Shown here: positions 40,080 to 50,971 of the stretch, piece after piece
How positions within the stretch are numbered: position 1 is the first letter of the stretch
Layout of the letters: every line of letters begins with the position of its first letter
Source of the DNA: an uncultured delta proteobacterium
GTDB lineage: Bacteria; Desulfobacterota; Zymogenia; Zymogenales; Zymogenaceae
Length of the DNA: 64,000 nucleotides
Assembly: GCA_963792965.1 (NCBI GenBank)
Contig: CAWBYW010000004.1
Location: 225,080 to 289,079 of the forward strand
Reading direction: 5' to 3'
Translations under genes and position numbers: made by a program
Notes under the pieces: generated by a model
Seen by the model: the letters and a program-made list of their open reading frames with translations, nothing else
Database searches by the model: none
Told to the model about the DNA's origin: nothing

Positions 40080-40652
40080 TCAGCGCGAGAAGAGCCCCAT
40101 CAGCGTCGCTTTTTCGATCGTGATCCCTTTGATAGCCGATAGCACTTCGTCCCTCGTCGCGCCCGCCTTCAGGTTCGGATCGGCCGACAGGGCATAGAGC
40201 GTAAAGTAGTAGTGATGATCGCCGCGCCCGACCGGCGGACACGGTCCCCCGTAGCCGGGCGTCTTGAAGCTCGTCGTCCCCGAGACGGCACCTCTGTTCC
40301 CCATCCCGGCCCCCTCGGGCAGCCCCGTCGTCCTGGGGTCGATGTTATAGAGGACCCAGTGCACCCAGGGGTTTGCGGCGGCGTCCGGGTCTTCCATGAT
40401 CAGGGCAAGTGTCACCGTTCCCTTGGGCACGCCCGTCCACGCCAGATCGGGAGAGACATTTTCCGCCTTACATGTGTAGCGCTCCGGGATCCTGCCCCCC
40501 TCTTTGAAGACGGAGCTGGTGAGCTTGAAGGGGACGTTCTCTTCCCCCATTGCGGTCACGCCGAGCATGAGCAGAGCGGCCGTGGCCAGGAGTGCGGACA
40601 CGGGAAGGGCGGCCCTCCATCCGGCATATATCTTTAGATTTACACATACCAC
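40080..40652 (-). CDS. YbhB/YbcL (PEBP / Raf kinase inhibitor-like) exported protein
   Basis: EDPDA, WVHWVLYNI, GYGGPCPP, HHYYFTLYAL, signal-like N-terminus. The true start may be ATG 40647 with a frameshift. Confidence 0.9.
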   Translation of the reverse strand: MVCVNLKIYAGWRAALPVSALLATAALLMLGVTAMGEENVPFKLTSSVFKEGGRIPERYTCKAENVSPDLAWTGVPKGTVTLALIMEDPDAAANPWVHWVLYNIDPRTTGLPEGAGMGNRGAVSGTTSFKTPGYGGPCPPVGRGDHHYYFTLYALSADPNLKAGATRDEVLSAIKGITIEKATLMGLFSR

Positions 40653-40763
40653 ACCTCCTCATAGAAACTAATTATTAATTATAACAATTACTCCTCCTTT
40701 ATTCAAGAGCATATACGCGGACCATCTCGTCTCCGGCCAACAGAAAACGACGCCTGAAAGCTC

Positions 40764-40792
40764 TTGTCCACAGCTTCCGTCTCGTCTATAAT
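40764..40792 (+). promoter_or_regulatory. sigma70-type promoter for the flavin reductase gene
   Basis: TTGTCC, 17-nt spacer, TATAAT; GAGGAG RBS downstream. Confidence 0.55.
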
Positions 40793-40827
40793 AGAGGTGG
40801 ACAAAACTAAATTATGAGGAGTTATCT

Positions 40828-41367
40828 ATGTTCAAAGAGATGAACTGGAACGACGCCGTTACGATTGCCTCGCCCTATCCGTATATCCTGATCACCGGCA
40901 GAGATAGAGAACGGGAAGCCCAATGCCATGGGCGCCGGGTGGTGGAGCTTTACGTCGGTCAAGCCGCCGCTCATGCTCGTCTCGATCGGGAAGACCCGCT
41001 ACACCCTCGAATGCATCAGGCACACGAAGGATTTCGTCGTCTGTTTCCCGTCGGAAGAGCAGGCCAAGGGCGCCTGGCTGTGCGGGGTGAAGAGCGGGAG
41101 GACAACGGACAAGCTCGCGGAGGCCGGACTGAAGGTCAGGGCCCGCGCGGAAGGTCAAGGCGCCCATCATCGAGGGGTGCACGGCGGCCTTTGAGTGTAA
41201 AGTCGTCAATGAGGTCGAGACGGGCGACCATATCGTCGTCGTCGGGGAGATCGTGGCGATGCACGGCGACGCCGAGCAGTCCGATGCACCTCTATTCGGT
41301 CTTCTATGAGCGGCTCATCAGCATGGACACGGACGGGAAGGCGAACATGGCGCTGAAGTACTTTTAG
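40828..41367 (+). CDS. Flavin reductase-like (flavoredoxin) protein, frameshifted
   Basis: PYPYILIT, then NAMGAGW...S.KPP...VSI...RYT, CG.KSGR..DK, then FEC.V...ETGDH...VGEIV, distributed over three frames. Confidence 0.82.
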   Translation: MFKEMNWNDAVTIASPYPYILITGRDREREAQCHGRRVVELYVGQAAAHARLDREDPLHPRMHQAHEGFRRLFPVGRAGQGRLAVRGEEREDNGQARGGRTEGQGPRGRSRRPSSRGARRPLSVKSSMRSRRATISSSSGRSWRCTATPSSPMHLYSVFYERLISMDTDGKANMALKYF

Positions 41368-41401
41368 GGCCGCAGGCGAAGAGGCGCGTGCGTGGGGACC
41401 G

Positions 41402-43023
41402 TCAGTCCCAGTCGGCCCTCACCAGGACGGTGTCCTTCTTGAACTTCTTGTCGTCCCGCTCGGGATAGTCGATGTTGTAGTGGAGGCCGCGGCTCTCCTT
41501 GCGGTGCCTGGCCGAGCGGATGATCAGGTCGGCCATGAGGGCGATGTTTCTCAGCTCAATGAGGTTGGAGGTGATGGTGAAGTTCCAGTAGTACTCATTG
41601 ATCTCGGCGAAGAGTGACCTGGACCTGCGCCGGGCCCGCTCGAGCCGCTTGTCGGAGCGGACGATGCCCACGTAGTTCCACATGAACCGGCGCACCTCGT
41701 CCCAGTTCTGTGTGATGACCACCTCCTCGTCGCTGTCCCGCGCGCCCTTGGGGTCCCAGGGGGGGCCGTGGGGAGCACCTTATCGGTCCGGGCGAGCTCG
41801 GCCGCGGCGGCGCGCGATGCCCGGTGGGCGTAGACCACCGCCTCGAGGAGCGAGTTTGAAGCAAGCCGGTTTGCGCCGTGGAGGCCGGTGCATGAAACCT
41901 CGCCTCCGGCATAGAGACCGGAAACGGACGTCCGTCCGTCCATATCTACCACCACCCCGCCGCACATATAGTGGGCGGCCGGCACCACCGGGATCGGCTC
42001 GGCCGTGATGTCTATCCCGAATTTCTTGCAGTTCTCATAGATATTGGGGAATCGCTCCCTGATAAACGAGGGGTCCTTGTGGGTAATGTCGAGGAAGACG
42101 CAGTCATCGCCGCTCTTCTTGAGCTCCATGTCGATAGAGCGGGCGACGATGTCGCGCGGGGCGAGGTCCCCCATGTCGCTGTAGTGTTTCATGAACGGCT
42201 CGCCGCTCTTCAGCCTGAGTATCCCGCCCTCGCCCCTGACGGCCTCGGAGATCAAGAAGGACTTCGCCTCGGGGTGGAAGAGGCACGTGGGGTGAAACTG
42301 GACGAACTCAAGGTTCGCGATCCGGGCTCCCACACGGTACGCCATGGCTATCCCGTCGCCGGTGGCGATGTCGGGGTTGGAGGTGTAGAGATAGACCTTT
42401 CCCGCGCCGCCGCTGGCAAGAAAGGTGATGCGCCCCATAAAGGTCTTGACGTGGTTACTGATGCAGTCCAGCGCATAGACCCCCCATACCCTCTCGGGGA
42501 CGATGGGGCGCTCCTTGATTGTCCGATCGGTGATCAGGTTTATGGCGATATGGTTTTCGAAGATCTCAATATTTTGCGTACGCCGAACCTGCGCGATAAG
42601 CGCCCGCTCGATCTCGGCGCCGGTGAGGTCCTTGGCATGGATGATCCGACGCTTCGAGTGACCCCCCTCCATCCCAAGGTCGTAGGCCAGCGCATCGCCC
42701 TCCTGTTTCATGGAGAATCGTGTGCCGAGATCGGTCAGCTCGCGGATCATCTCCGGGCCCGTGGAGACGACCATCCGCACTACGTCTTCGCGGCAGATGC
42801 CCGCCCCGCAGGAGAGCGTATCTTTGATATGGAGCTCAAATGAATCCATACCGTCCATGACGGATGCGATGCCGCCCTGGGCGTAGTTCGTATTGGATTC
42901 CTTCTCTTCCTTTTTTGTGATGATGGCGACGCTGCCGGTCTTTGATGCCTTGAGCGCAAAGCTCAATCCGGCAATGCCGCTGCCGATGACAAGATAATCA
43001 TAGCTACGCGAGTTTTGATTCAT
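41402..43023 (-). CDS. nadB: L-aspartate oxidase (frameshift in the homopolymer near 41760)
   Basis: [65 protein letters not shown]-terminal RKESRGLHY. Confidence 0.95.
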
Positions 43024-43248
43024 ACCAGTTCCCAAAAACTGTTTTACATTCTCTCTATTATTATGATATAAACTCGGACGAGTCAAGGCGCAATTGACCC
43101 GGGTATACGTTTCTCTCGGTCGAGTCTTCATGCCGGGCAAGGCAAATATCTTTTTACTCGAAAAAAAGCTTGTTTTTCACTATTTTCTATACTAAACTAT
43201 GCATAAGTTTTAGGGAATTTTATATAAGTTATATAGTTATTATAAGAT

Positions 43249-43857
43249 ATGAGTAGACTCGTAAAGGGAGTCGTCCTGTTTCTCTTCCCGATGCTCATCT
43301 GGGGCATCGAGAACGCGTCGGCCGACTATTACAAGAAATACGATACCGACGGCACCGTCATCTTCACGAATGTCCCGACGACGGGGGGCTTCACCCTCAT
43401 CTATGACGAGGTGGAGGACGAGTATCTCACCTACGAGCAGTATTACTACACCACGGATATCTATGACGATATAATTAAGAATGCGGGCCTCATATACGGC
43501 GTGGATCCTACCCTGATCAAAGCGGTCATCAAGACGGAATCGGACTTCGATCCCTATGCGGTATCCAACAAGGGAGCCTGCGGGCTCATGCAGCTTGTCC
43601 CGGAGACCGCGACCCGGTTCGGGGTGACGGATGTCTTCGACCCGAAAGCCAACATCTACGGTGGCGCCCAATACTTAAGCTGGCTGACGACCTACTTCAA
43701 GGGTGACCTCGAACTGGTGCTGGCCGCCTACAACGCCGGGGAGAACGCCGTCGACAAATACAACCGAAAAGTACCACCGTTCCAAGAGACGATCAACTAC
43801 GTCAAGAAGGTCTTTAAGTTTCTCGATTATTATAAGAGCAGGCCGCTGAGCCTGTAG
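43249..43857 (+). CDS. Lytic transglycosylase (SLT domain) with N-terminal DUF4124-like segment
   Basis: AVIKTESDF catalytic Glu, GACGLMQL, LAAYNAG, ET.NYV; YKKYDTDGTVIFTNVP. Confidence 0.92.
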   Translation: MSRLVKGVVLFLFPMLIWGIENASADYYKKYDTDGTVIFTNVPTTGGFTLIYDEVEDEYLTYEQYYYTTDIYDDIIKNAGLIYGVDPTLIKAVIKTESDFDPYAVSNKGACGLMQLVPETATRFGVTDVFDPKANIYGGAQYLSWLTTYFKGDLELVLAAYNAGENAVDKYNRKVPPFQETINYVKKVFKFLDYYKSRPLSL

Positions 43858-43869
43858 CACAGTACCTCC

Positions 43870-45229
43870 GTGACGACGCCGCAAGAAAGATTTCTCCGGG
43901 AAGAAGAATTTCTCAGGCTCTTCAAAAAGGCGCGAAAAGAGCTCGACCAGGGAAACCTGAAGTCCGCCATCGAGCACCTTGAGAAGGCCTATGAACTCTC
44001 ACCCGACAGCGAAGGAGTGGAAAACCTCCTCGGCATCCTTTACTTTCGCGTCGAGAACTACCGTAAGGCCGAGGACATCTACATAAAGCTCACCAAAAAG
44101 AACCCGGAGGTCTTCACCCTTCGGACGAACTTAGGCCTGATCTATTTCAAGGAGAAACGGTACATAGACGCCATCAGGGAGCTCGATAAGGCGGTGAGAC
44201 TGAAACCCGACTATTCGCGGGCCCACAACTATCTGGGCCTCGTCTACGTGGAATTGGGAAAATATCGAACCGCCCGCGAGGAATTCCTCAGAGCCGGCTC
44301 CCGGACGATGGCAAAGAAGATGGAGAACATCATTGCCGGGTCAATGAACCCGGAGACCATCCAGAAGAGCTATCGGGAAAAGGAAGAGAGGGGTCCGGAT
44401 AAGGATATCCCGGTCGCAAGTTTTATCCTCGATCCCGAGCTCAAAAGGATCCTGGACGACTTTGAAGTCGAGAAGGCGTTCAGACGCCCCGGTCAAAGAG
44501 ACGAGCAGCGTGGAGCATATACGGCTCGATCTTGGCAAGGGGGGGCTCATCGAGGCGACCACCCCCAAGAAGCCGATCTTCGCCGAGGCACGTCCGAAGC
44601 CGACGCCGGGCAAAGAGCGGCAGTCGACATTCAAGCTGGGCCTGACCAACAAAGATACCGGTTTTTCCAGCCATAACCTTTTGACCATCTACTTCGTGGG
44701 AAGCACTTACAGCAGGGTTGGGGGACTGATTGCCGCCGAGGGTAAGCACGAATTCGCTCCGGCAAAGCGGCGACATAAGGGCAAGCTCATGGAGCATGAG
44801 CTGGGGGGAAATCTCGACCCGGTCATGAAGATCACGGGCGAGGGGACACTCCTCATCTCCTCGGGAGACCAGAGGATCCAGTTGTTGTCGATCGGACCGA
44901 TGGAAGGACTCTACGTCCGGGAATCATCGCTATTCTCATTCCAGTCGACGATTTCATGGGAGAATGGGAAGGTGACGATTGCGCCCGAGGAGAGTATTGA
45001 GTTGGTTCATCTGTCGGGGGCGGGGAACGTCGCGCTGGCCTCGAGAAAGACACCGGTAATCAAAGAAATCGTGGAGGGCACCCCCCTGAAAGTTAAATCG
45101 AACTCAATCATCGGGTGGCAGGGGAAAATAACCCCGACGGTCGTTCCGATGGTGCAGGAAAAAGCAGGGGCTAAAGGTGAACTTTCCTTTGTTGAATTTT
45201 CCGGAAAAGGCAAGGTGATCATTGAGTAA
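43870..45229 (+). CDS. TPR-repeat protein with C-terminal AIM24-like domain (+1 frameshift near 44490)
   Basis: TPRs (NLLGILYF, NLGLIYF, HNYLGLVY), linker, then a beta-rich domain with repeated G.G motifs ending FSGKGKVIIE. Confidence 0.75.
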
Positions 45230-45818
45230 AATCTTGAAAAGCGGGTCAAACCTGAATCTTCCCAACATCCTGACCATGTCCAGGTTCTTGGTGATCCCGA
45301 TTCTGGTATTAATGGCGGACTCGAGCCGCGTGCTCGTCAATCTCATCGCCGCCGTGCTCTTTTTGGCGGCGTCGCTGACCGACATCGTGGACGGCTATAT
45401 CGCCCGGAAATATAATATCGTGACGAACATGGGCAAGATACTGGATCCCCTCGCCGATAAGGTGATGGTGCTGGTCGTCTTGATCATGCTTATTCCGCTG
45501 GGCCGCGTTCCGGCCTTGGTCGTCGCGCTCATCGTCTTTAGGGAAACCGCGGTGACAAGCCTTCGGGCGATCGCCGCCGCCGACGGGGTCGTCGTCTCGG
45601 CAAGCCCCCTCGGGAAGTTCAAGAACATGTTTCAGGTCATATTCACCCTCTTTCTGATCATGTACCATCGATTTGACATCCCAATAACCACGAATTTCTC
45701 CTTCGTTCTCGATTTCAAAACATCGGGAATGCTGCTCATGTGGATCGCGCTCTTCTTGACGCTCTGGTCAGGCGTAGACTATTTTGTCAAATTCTATCGG
45801 AGTAGTGCCGCCGAGTAG
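45222..45818 (+). CDS. pgsA: CDP-diacylglycerol--glycerol-3-phosphate 3-phosphatidyltransferase
   Basis: NLPNILT.SR and the CDP-alcohol motif DIVDGYIAR...GKILDPLADK. Confidence 0.95.
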   Translation: MSKILKSGSNLNLPNILTMSRFLVIPILVLMADSSRVLVNLIAAVLFLAASLTDIVDGYIARKYNIVTNMGKILDPLADKVMVLVVLIMLIPLGRVPALVVALIVFRETAVTSLRAIAAADGVVVSASPLGKFKNMFQVIFTLFLIMYHRFDIPITTNFSFVLDFKTSGMLLMWIALFLTLWSGVDYFVKFYRSSAAE

Positions 45819-46197
45819 CGCCGGCCCTGTGTCTCCGGCAAGAGGGGCGACTATTTCATCTCCGGGACATGATTTACCGGGCCTCATTTGAGGAGCCCCG
45901 GCGCGCGACCGGAGACCGCTTGACCGAGGCTCTTTCCCCGCCGCCTTATTCCAGCCGAATAGTAGCTTCTAAGAAAATCGTAGCGGCGTCGGCCGTATCC
46001 CGGATGTGACGTTGAGGGATACACGACGCACGACTGAACGCGAAGTCTCGTGCCGATACCGGTTGGTGTCTAAAGCCACGGGCGACGTATCCGGAACAGG
46101 GGGATGTCGCGACTCGGCAGAGGTGATACGGCCGTAGGGACGAGTGGTGTTTTTGCAGCGTGTCCGTTTCTTAGTCCGATTTCGTAGATATTTTTTG

Positions 46198-46226
46198 TTT
46201 ACATCGGAGTCATTTACGGTTAGAAT
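46198..46226 (+). promoter_or_regulatory. sigma70-type promoter for lptFG (near-leaderless)
   Basis: TTTACA, 17-nt spacer, TAGAAT ending 8 nt before the ATG; no obvious RBS. Confidence 0.5.
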
Positions 46227-46234
46227 AACAAGTC

Positions 46235-47476
46235 ATGCACAGAACCATCTCCAAATATCTCCTCTTTGAGATCGTTACGAATTTCTTCATCGGATTTTTT
46301 ATCTTCACGTTCGTGCTGTTGACGGGCAAGACCTTTCAGCTGACCGACATGATCGTCAACAAGGGGCTCTCGGTCTTTGCGCTCCTCAAACTGTTCGGCA
46401 TGATGCTCCCCTTTTTCCTCGTCTTCACGATCCCCATGTCTCTTGTGCTGGCGATCGTGCTGACGTTTGGGCGCGCATCGTACGATTACGAGATCATCGC
46501 CCTCAAGTCATCGGGGGTGAGCCTGTGGCAGTTGGTTCGGCCCGTCCTGATATTTTCGGTGCTTGCCTGGGTCCTTACCTTATACATGACGATCTTCGTG
46601 GCGCCGACCAGCAATTTTAACCTCAAGAAATTCGTCTTTCAAGTGTTGCGCTCCCAAATCAATGTCGGGATCGAGGAAAAGGTCTTTAATAACGTCGGAG
46701 GCCGCATTATCTATGTCGACCGGCTGCCGGTGCGGTCAAACCACCTCTACGGCATCCTCGTCTTTGACGACACGAACGCGGCGCGCGCGGTTACCATCAT
46801 CGCCAAAGAAGGGTTTATCTCCTCCGACGAGACGACGCAGTACTTCACCATACGCCTCGTGAACGGAAGCATCCTCCTTTCCAATAAATACAGCGACACG
46901 GACCAGCTCATCGTCTTCAACAACTATAACATCAATATGGGGCTTTTTGAGGAGGACGAGGCGGGGAAAGTAATCAAGAGCACATGGGAGATGACACTGG
47001 ACGAGCTGACGACTTCGATCGGTGGACTGAAACAGTCGCTCAAGGGGTTTGAGGATAAGTTGAGAAAGAACCCGTCGGAGCAAAATCGTCTCCTCGTTGG
47101 GGATATCAAGTCCCAGATCCGCTCTCGGGAGGTCGAGGTCTCCAAGATGTTTGCGATCCCCTTTGCGTGCATCGTTTTCATGATCGTGGGCGTTCCCATC
47201 AGCATCCAGACCAATCCCAAGGGAAGATCGGGAAATCTGGTGTTGGTGATTCTGCTTATCTTCGTCTACTACGTCTTCCTGGCGGCGGGCGAAGTCCTCG
47301 GGAAGAACGGGTGGCTTCCCGCGCTCTTCTCGATGTGGCTGGGCAACATCATCCTTGGGACGGCGGGGGTCTATCTCTTCGTAAAAGCGAGCAGGGAATC
47401 GCCGGTCTTTATCATAACGCTCTATAACGCTCTATCAGATAGGGTGACGAAATTGATTTCGCGGTTCGGTCGATGA
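46235..47476 (+). CDS. lptF: LPS export ABC transporter permease LptF
   Basis: 3 TM + periplasmic domain + 3 TM; EIIALKSSGVS motif; paired with lptG. Confidence 0.9.
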   Translation: MHRTISKYLLFEIVTNFFIGFFIFTFVLLTGKTFQLTDMIVNKGLSVFALLKLFGMMLPFFLVFTIPMSLVLAIVLTFGRASYDYEIIALKSSGVSLWQLVRPVLIFSVLAWVLTLYMTIFVAPTSNFNLKKFVFQVLRSQINVGIEEKVFNNVGGRIIYVDRLPVRSNHLYGILVFDDTNAARAVTIIAKEGFISSDETTQYFTIRLVNGSILLSNKYSDTDQLIVFNNYNINMGLFEEDEAGKVIKSTWEMTLDELTTSIGGLKQSLKGFEDKLRKNPSEQNRLLVGDIKSQIRSREVEVSKMFAIPFACIVFMIVGVPISIQTNPKGRSGNLVLVILLIFVYYVFLAAGEVLGKNGWLPALFSMWLGNIILGTAGVYLFVKASRESPVFIITLYNALSDRVTKLISRFGR

Positions 47477-48561
47477 ATCTATTAACCAAGTACATCGTCA
47501 GGCAATTCCTTTCGACGTTATTCCTCTCTATGGGGGCCTTTGTGGCCCTCTTTCTGATCGTCGATATCTTCGAGGTCGTCGGGACGTTTATAGACAACCC
47601 CACATCGTTTGGGGTGATCGTCATCTATTTTCTGACGAGGATTCCGTATGTGTTGTTCCTCACGCTCCCGATGGCGGTCATGCTGGCGACGCTTATCTCG
47701 CTTGGCGTCATGGGAAAAAACCTCGAGATCATCGCGATGATGTCAAGCGGTGTGAGCCACACCTTTATCATCAAGCCGGTATTGATCATCGCTGCCTCCT
47801 TGAGCCTGCTGTCGTATTTCGGAAACGAATATATTGTGCCGCGGTCAAACAGCTACAACGAGTATATTAAGAATGTTAAGATAATGCGAGAGAAGCCCAC
47901 CGCGGGGCCCGAGTATCAGCTGGATAAAATCTGGGTGCGCGACGAGCACAGCATCTATAATATCGATCGATTCCTGCCTAAGAAAAACGTGATCGAGGGA
48001 ATCACTATCTACACCTTTGACGACAACTTTCAGCTGAGGGAGCGAATCGTCGCGGAAAAAGCCATCTGGAAGGACAAGCGCTGGGTTTTCTATAACGTCG
48101 TGGAAAACAATTTCGCCAGCACAAGCTCTTTCTCGACCAATAAATATCTGATTCGATACCTCACGATTAAGGAATCGCCGGACGACTTCAAAATCGTCTT
48201 TGAAAAGAGCACGGAGCAGATGTCCTATCGGGAGCTGTCGGCCTACATCGCTAAGCTCAAGCAAAACGGGTACGACACCACCCGGTATCGCGTAGACCTT
48301 CAGGGTAAGCTTTCGTATCCTCTCGTTAGCCTGATCATGGCGCTCATCGCCACACCCTTCGCGCTGATGGTGGGCAGGCGAGGCGGGCTTGCGACCGGTG
48401 TGGTGATCTCGTTCGGTTTCAGCTATCTCTACTGGGTGGTCTACTCGATCTGTATCTCGCTCGGACACGGGGGGACACTCCCGCCGATCATCGCCGCCTG
48501 GACGGCAAACATCCTTTTCAGTGTCGCAGGGGGGTATCTATATCTAACGGTGAGATCTTAG
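47473..48561 (+). CDS. lptG: LPS export ABC transporter permease LptG
   Basis: EIIAMMSSGVS, EYIVP, LPPIIAAW.AN; ATGA overlap with lptF. Confidence 0.9.
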   Translation: MNLLTKYIVRQFLSTLFLSMGAFVALFLIVDIFEVVGTFIDNPTSFGVIVIYFLTRIPYVLFLTLPMAVMLATLISLGVMGKNLEIIAMMSSGVSHTFIIKPVLIIAASLSLLSYFGNEYIVPRSNSYNEYIKNVKIMREKPTAGPEYQLDKIWVRDEHSIYNIDRFLPKKNVIEGITIYTFDDNFQLRERIVAEKAIWKDKRWVFYNVVENNFASTSSFSTNKYLIRYLTIKESPDDFKIVFEKSTEQMSYRELSAYIAKLKQNGYDTTRYRVDLQGKLSYPLVSLIMALIATPFALMVGRRGGLATGVVISFGFSYLYWVVYSICISLGHGGTLPPIIAAWTANILFSVAGGYLYLTVRS

Positions 48562-48729
48562 ATATACAAAGCCCGAGCCTTCCCTATCAAATCACATGAG
48601 AATACGCGAATAGAGGCGGCGCATCGCCTGTACGCAGCTCGCAGCTTTTCCGGGTCTTCACTCACTCGTTTCCGGAATACACGGCACGGAAGGCGCCGTG
48701 GCGGCGTGCCGTAGGTCGAGGTCCATAAA

Positions 48730-49626
48730 ATGAAGGGTGAAACATCATTATCCTTTGCTGAAATTAAACAGTCCGACGGCTTTGTTCTGGGCGGTCCTTC
48801 ATACATAGTTTCAACGGATGGAATAAAGCTGGCGTATTATCCCATGCGGGCGAAAAAGCCCACCGCGGGATTGATCTTCGTTCACGGCGGAGGAGCGTGG
48901 AGCGGGGCGGGCTATCAATATCTGGCAAAAGGCCTGTCTGAGCGCCATAAGATATCGGTGTATCTGGTGGATATCCGCGGTCACGGGAATTCGGAAGGTC
49001 CTCGCGGCGATGCCCCTTCCTCAACACAGGTTTTGAATGACCTGAAGTTACTCATTGACGCGGTCAGAAGAGAGAATCACGAATTACCACTATACGTGGG
49101 GGGACATTCATCCGGGGCGGGCCTTGTCTTGAATTACCTGAGCTGGAGCAAAGACAGGACGATGAGTGGATATATTTTTATATCCCCGCAATTCGGCTAC
49201 AAATCAAAGACCGAGAGGAAGAGTGCGAGAAATCCTTTCGTGAAGGTGAGAGTCCCACTACTTATCCTGTATAGCGTCTTTCGGGGGAGACGATTTGGGA
49301 ATATTCCCGCGGTCTTTTTTAACTATCCTGAAGAGATCACACGTCTGCAGCCCTTGATAATAAGATCGATCACGTGCAACATGTCCGCCGCCCTCACTCC
49401 GAGTAATCCACACCAACAATTCCGAAAGATAGATAGACCCTTTGGTCTGTTTGTCGGCCAAAACGATGAGCTCTTCGATCCGGAAAAGGTTGTGAAGTAT
49501 GCGGAACTGCCGGAAGAGGAAATCAGGATAAGATCTGTGAAGCAGGTCGTCAATGACGAAAATCATCTCTCGATCTTGAGAATCGCGGACGCCTTGATAG
49601 CTAAGACCATCGTGAAAAATAAATAG
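48730..49626 (+). CDS. Alpha/beta hydrolase (lysophospholipase-like)
   Basis: HGGG oxyanion motif, DIRGHGNSEGPRGD, GHSSG nucleophile, GQNDE, H. Confidence 0.88.
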   Translation: MKGETSLSFAEIKQSDGFVLGGPSYIVSTDGIKLAYYPMRAKKPTAGLIFVHGGGAWSGAGYQYLAKGLSERHKISVYLVDIRGHGNSEGPRGDAPSSTQVLNDLKLLIDAVRRENHELPLYVGGHSSGAGLVLNYLSWSKDRTMSGYIFISPQFGYKSKTERKSARNPFVKVRVPLLILYSVFRGRRFGNIPAVFFNYPEEITRLQPLIIRSITCNMSAALTPSNPHQQFRKIDRPFGLFVGQNDELFDPEKVVKYAELPEEEIRIRSVKQVVNDENHLSILRIADALIAKTIVKNK

Positions 49627-49669
49627 CCGGTCTTAGCCGGCAAGAGGGAGACTGAACCGAACGTGCCCT

Positions 49670-50971
49670 TTACTTCTTGATTTCCGGTAATCTCAGACCA
49701 ACCGCCTTGGCGTGAGCGTCCAGGCCCTCGATCATCGCAAAATCGTACGCGACCTGCCCCGTGGACGTAAGCCCCGGTTCGCTTATCTCGATAACGGAAA
49801 TCCTCTTCATGAAATCGTAGACCGAAAGCGGTGAGGAGAAGCGCGACGATCCGCCCGTCGGCAGCACGTGGTTGGGGCCGGCCGCGTAGTCCCCGATCGC
49901 CTCGGGGCTTGCCTGTCCCAAAAAGATCGCTCCGGCGTTCTCCACCTTGCTGATGAGCTTGACCGGCTTCTCCACCATGAGCTCGAGGTGCTCCGGGGCG
50001 ATGTTATTGGCGATTCCGACGGCCTCATCTAAGTCGGCGGCGATAATGATCGCGCCGTGGTTCCTCAAGGACTCTCCGGCGATCGCTTTTCGCGAGAGGG
50101 CGGGCAGCTGCCGGTTCAGCTCTTCGATCACCCGTTTGCCGAAGCCTTCCTCCGTGGTGACAAGGATTGCCGCCGAAAGCGGGTCGTGCTCGGCCTGGGA
50201 GAGGAGGTCGGCCGCGGCAAAGCCTGGGTCCGTCGTGCCGTCTGCAATGATAAGGATCTCCGAGGGTCCCGCGATCATGTCGATATCGACGACACCGAAG
50301 AGCATCCTCTTGGCCGTGGCGACATAGATATTCCCGGGGCCGACGATCTTGTCTACCTTCGGAATCGTCTCGGTGCCGAAGGCGAGCGCCGCGATCGCCT
50401 GGGCTCCTCCGACCCGGAAGATCCGGTCGACCCCCGCGATCCGGGCCGCCGCCATGACGGCGGGACTCAGGAAGTCACCGGGGGTGGGGAGGACGGCGAC
50501 GATCTCTTTCACCCCCGCGACGCGAGCAGGGATCACGTTCATCAAGAGCGTCGAGGGGTAGGGCGCCCGCCCGCCGGGGACGTATACGCCTACCCGGGAG
50601 AGAGGGCGGACGATCTGTCCGAGTCGGCTGCCGGACTCGTCCAAAAAGGTAAAGGAGTCCAGCGACTGATGCTTGTGGTAGGCATCGATGCGGGAAGCAG
50701 CGATGGTGATCGTCTCCCGATCTTTGTCCGAAAGCCGGGCCGCCGTCGTTTCGATTTCCTCGCCTGTTATCTCGATGCGACCCCGCGAGAGCGAAAAGCC
50801 GTCAAACTTTTCCGCATAGTCGACGAGGGCCGCGTCGCCGCGGGACTGCACGTCCCGGATGATGCTTTCCACGGTCCGGACTACCTCAGGGGAAGCCGCC
50901 TCTCCGCGGGAGGTGATCCTCTTCAGAAAGGCGGCAAAGTCGGGGTCGGACGCACGTATGATCTCAATCAT
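49670..50971 (-). CDS. hisD: Histidinol dehydrogenase
   Basis: GVYVPGG, KIVGPGNIYV, AGPSE, LLSQAEHD, APEHLE, GPNHVLPT. Confidence 0.97.
   Translation of the reverse strand: MIEIIRASDPDFAAFLKRITSRGEAASPEVVRTVESIIRDVQSRGDAALVDYAEKFDGFSLSRGRIEITGEEIETTAARLSDKDRETITIAASRIDAYHKHQSLDSFTFLDESGSRLGQIVRPLSRVGVYVPGGRAPYPSTLLMNVIPARVAGVKEIVAVLPTPGDFLSPAVMAAARIAGVDRIFRVGGAQAIAALAFGTETIPKVDKIVGPGNIYVATAKRMLFGVVDIDMIAGPSEILIIADGTTDPGFAAADLLSQAEHDPLSAAILVTTEEGFGKRVIEELNRQLPALSRKAIAGESLRNHGAIIIAADLDEAVGIANNIAPEHLELMVEKPVKLISKVENAGAIFLGQASPEAIGDYAAGPNHVLPTGGSSRFSSPLSVYDFMKRISVIEISEPGLTSTGQVAYDFAMIEGLDAHAKAVGLRLPEIKK

Noticed and set aside
45819-46234. tRNA genes often found after pgsA
   Set aside because: No T-loop GTTCRA motif or cloverleaf found by eye on either strand.
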